Source: Rhizophagus irregularis
Taxonomy: Eukaryota
NCBI RefSeq assembly: GCF_026210795.1
Contig: NC_089435.1
Coordinates: 3,286,001 to 3,350,000, forward strand
Reading direction: 5' to 3'
Length of the DNA stretch: 64,000 bases
In this document: piece by piece, positions 61,655 through 64,000 of the stretch
Layout: each line of letters starts with the position of its first letter
Position numbering within the stretch: the stretch's first letter is position 1
Position numbers and translations under genes: made by a program
The notes under the pieces: model-generated
Seen by the model: the letters and a program-made list of their open reading frames with translations, nothing else
What the model was told of the DNA's origin: nothing
Databases searched by the model: none

Positions 61655-64000
61655 GCTCAGTATCGAATTTTTCTTCTCTTTCGATAATGATATTTTTTTA
61701 CCGTTTTTCTTTTGATGTCTCTTTTTCTGTTATTTTTTGTTTTTCTCTTGATATTTACGTATACAAGTGAGCTATAGTACCCGGGTATCATACAAATTTT
61801 TCTGGGGTAATATACTACGAGGGATGCTTAGAATTAGGTACAAGATTATTAGGTATAAAGGTCATTTTTCAATTCAAGATCATTTCACATAAATATTTTA
61901 CTTTCCCCGGAATTGTTATTTCATTAAATATACATCAACCTAATAAAGTATCATGTGTAATACCAAAAGTCAATTATTGACTATTTATTATAATGTATCG
62001 GCGTTTATGGAAACTTTGTGCTTACGGTTTCTCTGCCCATCACGTGATTGTCGGCTAATATTTTGGGTCGACGCCAACATTTGTTGCATTAACTCAATAT
62101 ATTATCATTACATATTTCAATAATAAGATCTGCATCACGAAAATATATATCGTATATTTTTGCCCTTGAAAACTTCTGGAGCAACGTAAGGTATTCCATA
62201 AACGGATAAACCTTTCAATCGATAACCTTTCAATTGCAGATTTTAATAAGATGGATTATTATCATAATTACGAAAAATCTAATAAAAAATTTTGCGTTTA
62301 AGAAACTTCATTTGTGTTTTAGACTTATATGTCCCTTTATTGTTTTGGAATTTCTATTCCGACACATAAAAGAAAAGTAAGAACCAAGCAAAATATTTTA
62401 ATATAATTTTATTTATCTGTATTGTGGTCAATAAATGAATATATCACGATTCAGGTGATATTTATTTTACGCCATTCAACATGTATTAATAATTTCCAAT
62501 GCTTAATGAAGCTCAATAGAATTATTTTGGAATTTAAAGTGTAGTTTAAAGTATGACAAATGCTTCGTCACGGATTTGATAATTAATCCATTTATAAGCA
62601 CAAATTTTGCATCTATAATTAACTAAATTGTCTAATTGATTAGTACTCATGTCGTTACCTATTTTTTCTTTCTAGACTTCTAATATTCTAATAACATCAT
62701 TACCTAAAAATTTCCTGATTTTAAAATAAGATCAATATAGACGAAAGAACTGAATATGTAATTAAAATAATTTGAGAAAATCTTCGTAAAAGTTCTAAAA
62801 TGATTTTTTTATATACAGTTATGTTTATTAAAATACTATTCATAATGAATCAGAATAAACAAATCCTAATTAATACATATTTGAGTACAAGGTGGAATTA
62901 AGGTATGTCGATCATTTCAAGTTTAAAAGGGGCTGAAAAGTTTTTGGTAATGAAAATCTTTATTCTGCATTTAAATTAGATATTTTCTACCTTTGTATTT
63001 AATAATTTATATTATAGTATGTTAAAATATAATGCAGTTTAATAGTTTAATAGGAAGGTGCTTGATATTTAGCTATAATTTAATTTTAAGAATTTCGACA
63101 AAATGGTAGTTTTTCTTGGTTAAATAATAAATATATATAATGAAAAGTAACAACCAACTTATTGATTTGCATCCTCCATGACTAAATCGTCTGACATAGG
63201 CATATCATCGTCCATATTGTCGATATTGTTATCGTTCTATGTTAGTCAGTCACAGATTATATGTTAATTATTCAAATAAATTATATTTTGTATTTGATTT
63301 ATTATTTAACTGACATATTTGTTGAAGTTTGGATTTAGTTTGAACCTTTATATAGTATTTCTTTTAAAAAAAATCATACTGGATACTCGTCAAAATTCAA
63401 ATTTATCTTCAACATTCCTTGAATATGTGATTAATTTGGTTTATTATTATTACTAATGTTAACCAAAATTTTATTTGTATATCATATAGATAATGCTATG
63501 GCATATAAATTATGCCCAAATTAGGTCAAGAGATCGAAGATTTTAAATATAGTAACAAATTGGCGCCATTTGGAAACGAAAAAGTTCATTAAAGTTTACT
63601 GGCTTGGAATTAAAGATGAGGTTAGTGAATATATATACATATATACGTTTATTATACTTGGAGATCTTTTACTTTAATTTTATAAATTTCGTTTAAAAGA
63701 TAACCACTAGGAAGCCATTGATTTTCGCCTTCCAAAGAATTCAATTGTTAACGACATCACCATCACCAAATTCTAGAATTAGGTTCATCAGGATAGGATT
63801 TAAAAGGACTATTTGGGGACCGAACCAGTAGAGAGAATACAAGAAGAACATGCAACATTATACGCAGAGGTGAATATCATGAATTGATTAAATTTTTTTA
63901 TTTTACCATAAATATACATGTATTTATTTTAGGAAATACCTCAAGATGAAATTCATGTCGATCAAAATAACCGAGCGAGCTATTCAAGTATATCATTTCA

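Overview
Very AT-rich, intron-containing eukaryotic DNA. Its gene families (expanded F-box/LRR genes, TKL-type kinases with WIPY and YGISQD motifs, a secreted ML-domain protein) are typical of an arbuscular mycorrhizal fungus such as Rhizophagus; the taxon is inferred. Most of the window is host multigene-family DNA, pseudogenes and nested MITEs. The main feature is a complete 12,049-bp Polinton/Maverick-type element at 40939-52987, with AGTAGT termini, ~438-bp TIRs, a 6-bp TSD (ATGGTA), a protein-primed PolB and an rve integrase. It is inserted into exon 2 of a Crypton-type tyrosine recombinase gene. I see no recognisable jelly-roll capsid, packaging ATPase or adenain protease. In their place is a retroelement-like Gag (capsid motifs plus CCHC knuckle), aspartic protease and C2HC-finger module joined by frameshifts, plus an asfarvirus B263R-like TBP homolog, two F-box genes and a 24-bp putative promoter motif present three times. 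All homology calls come from motif recognition by eye and recall; no searches were run.
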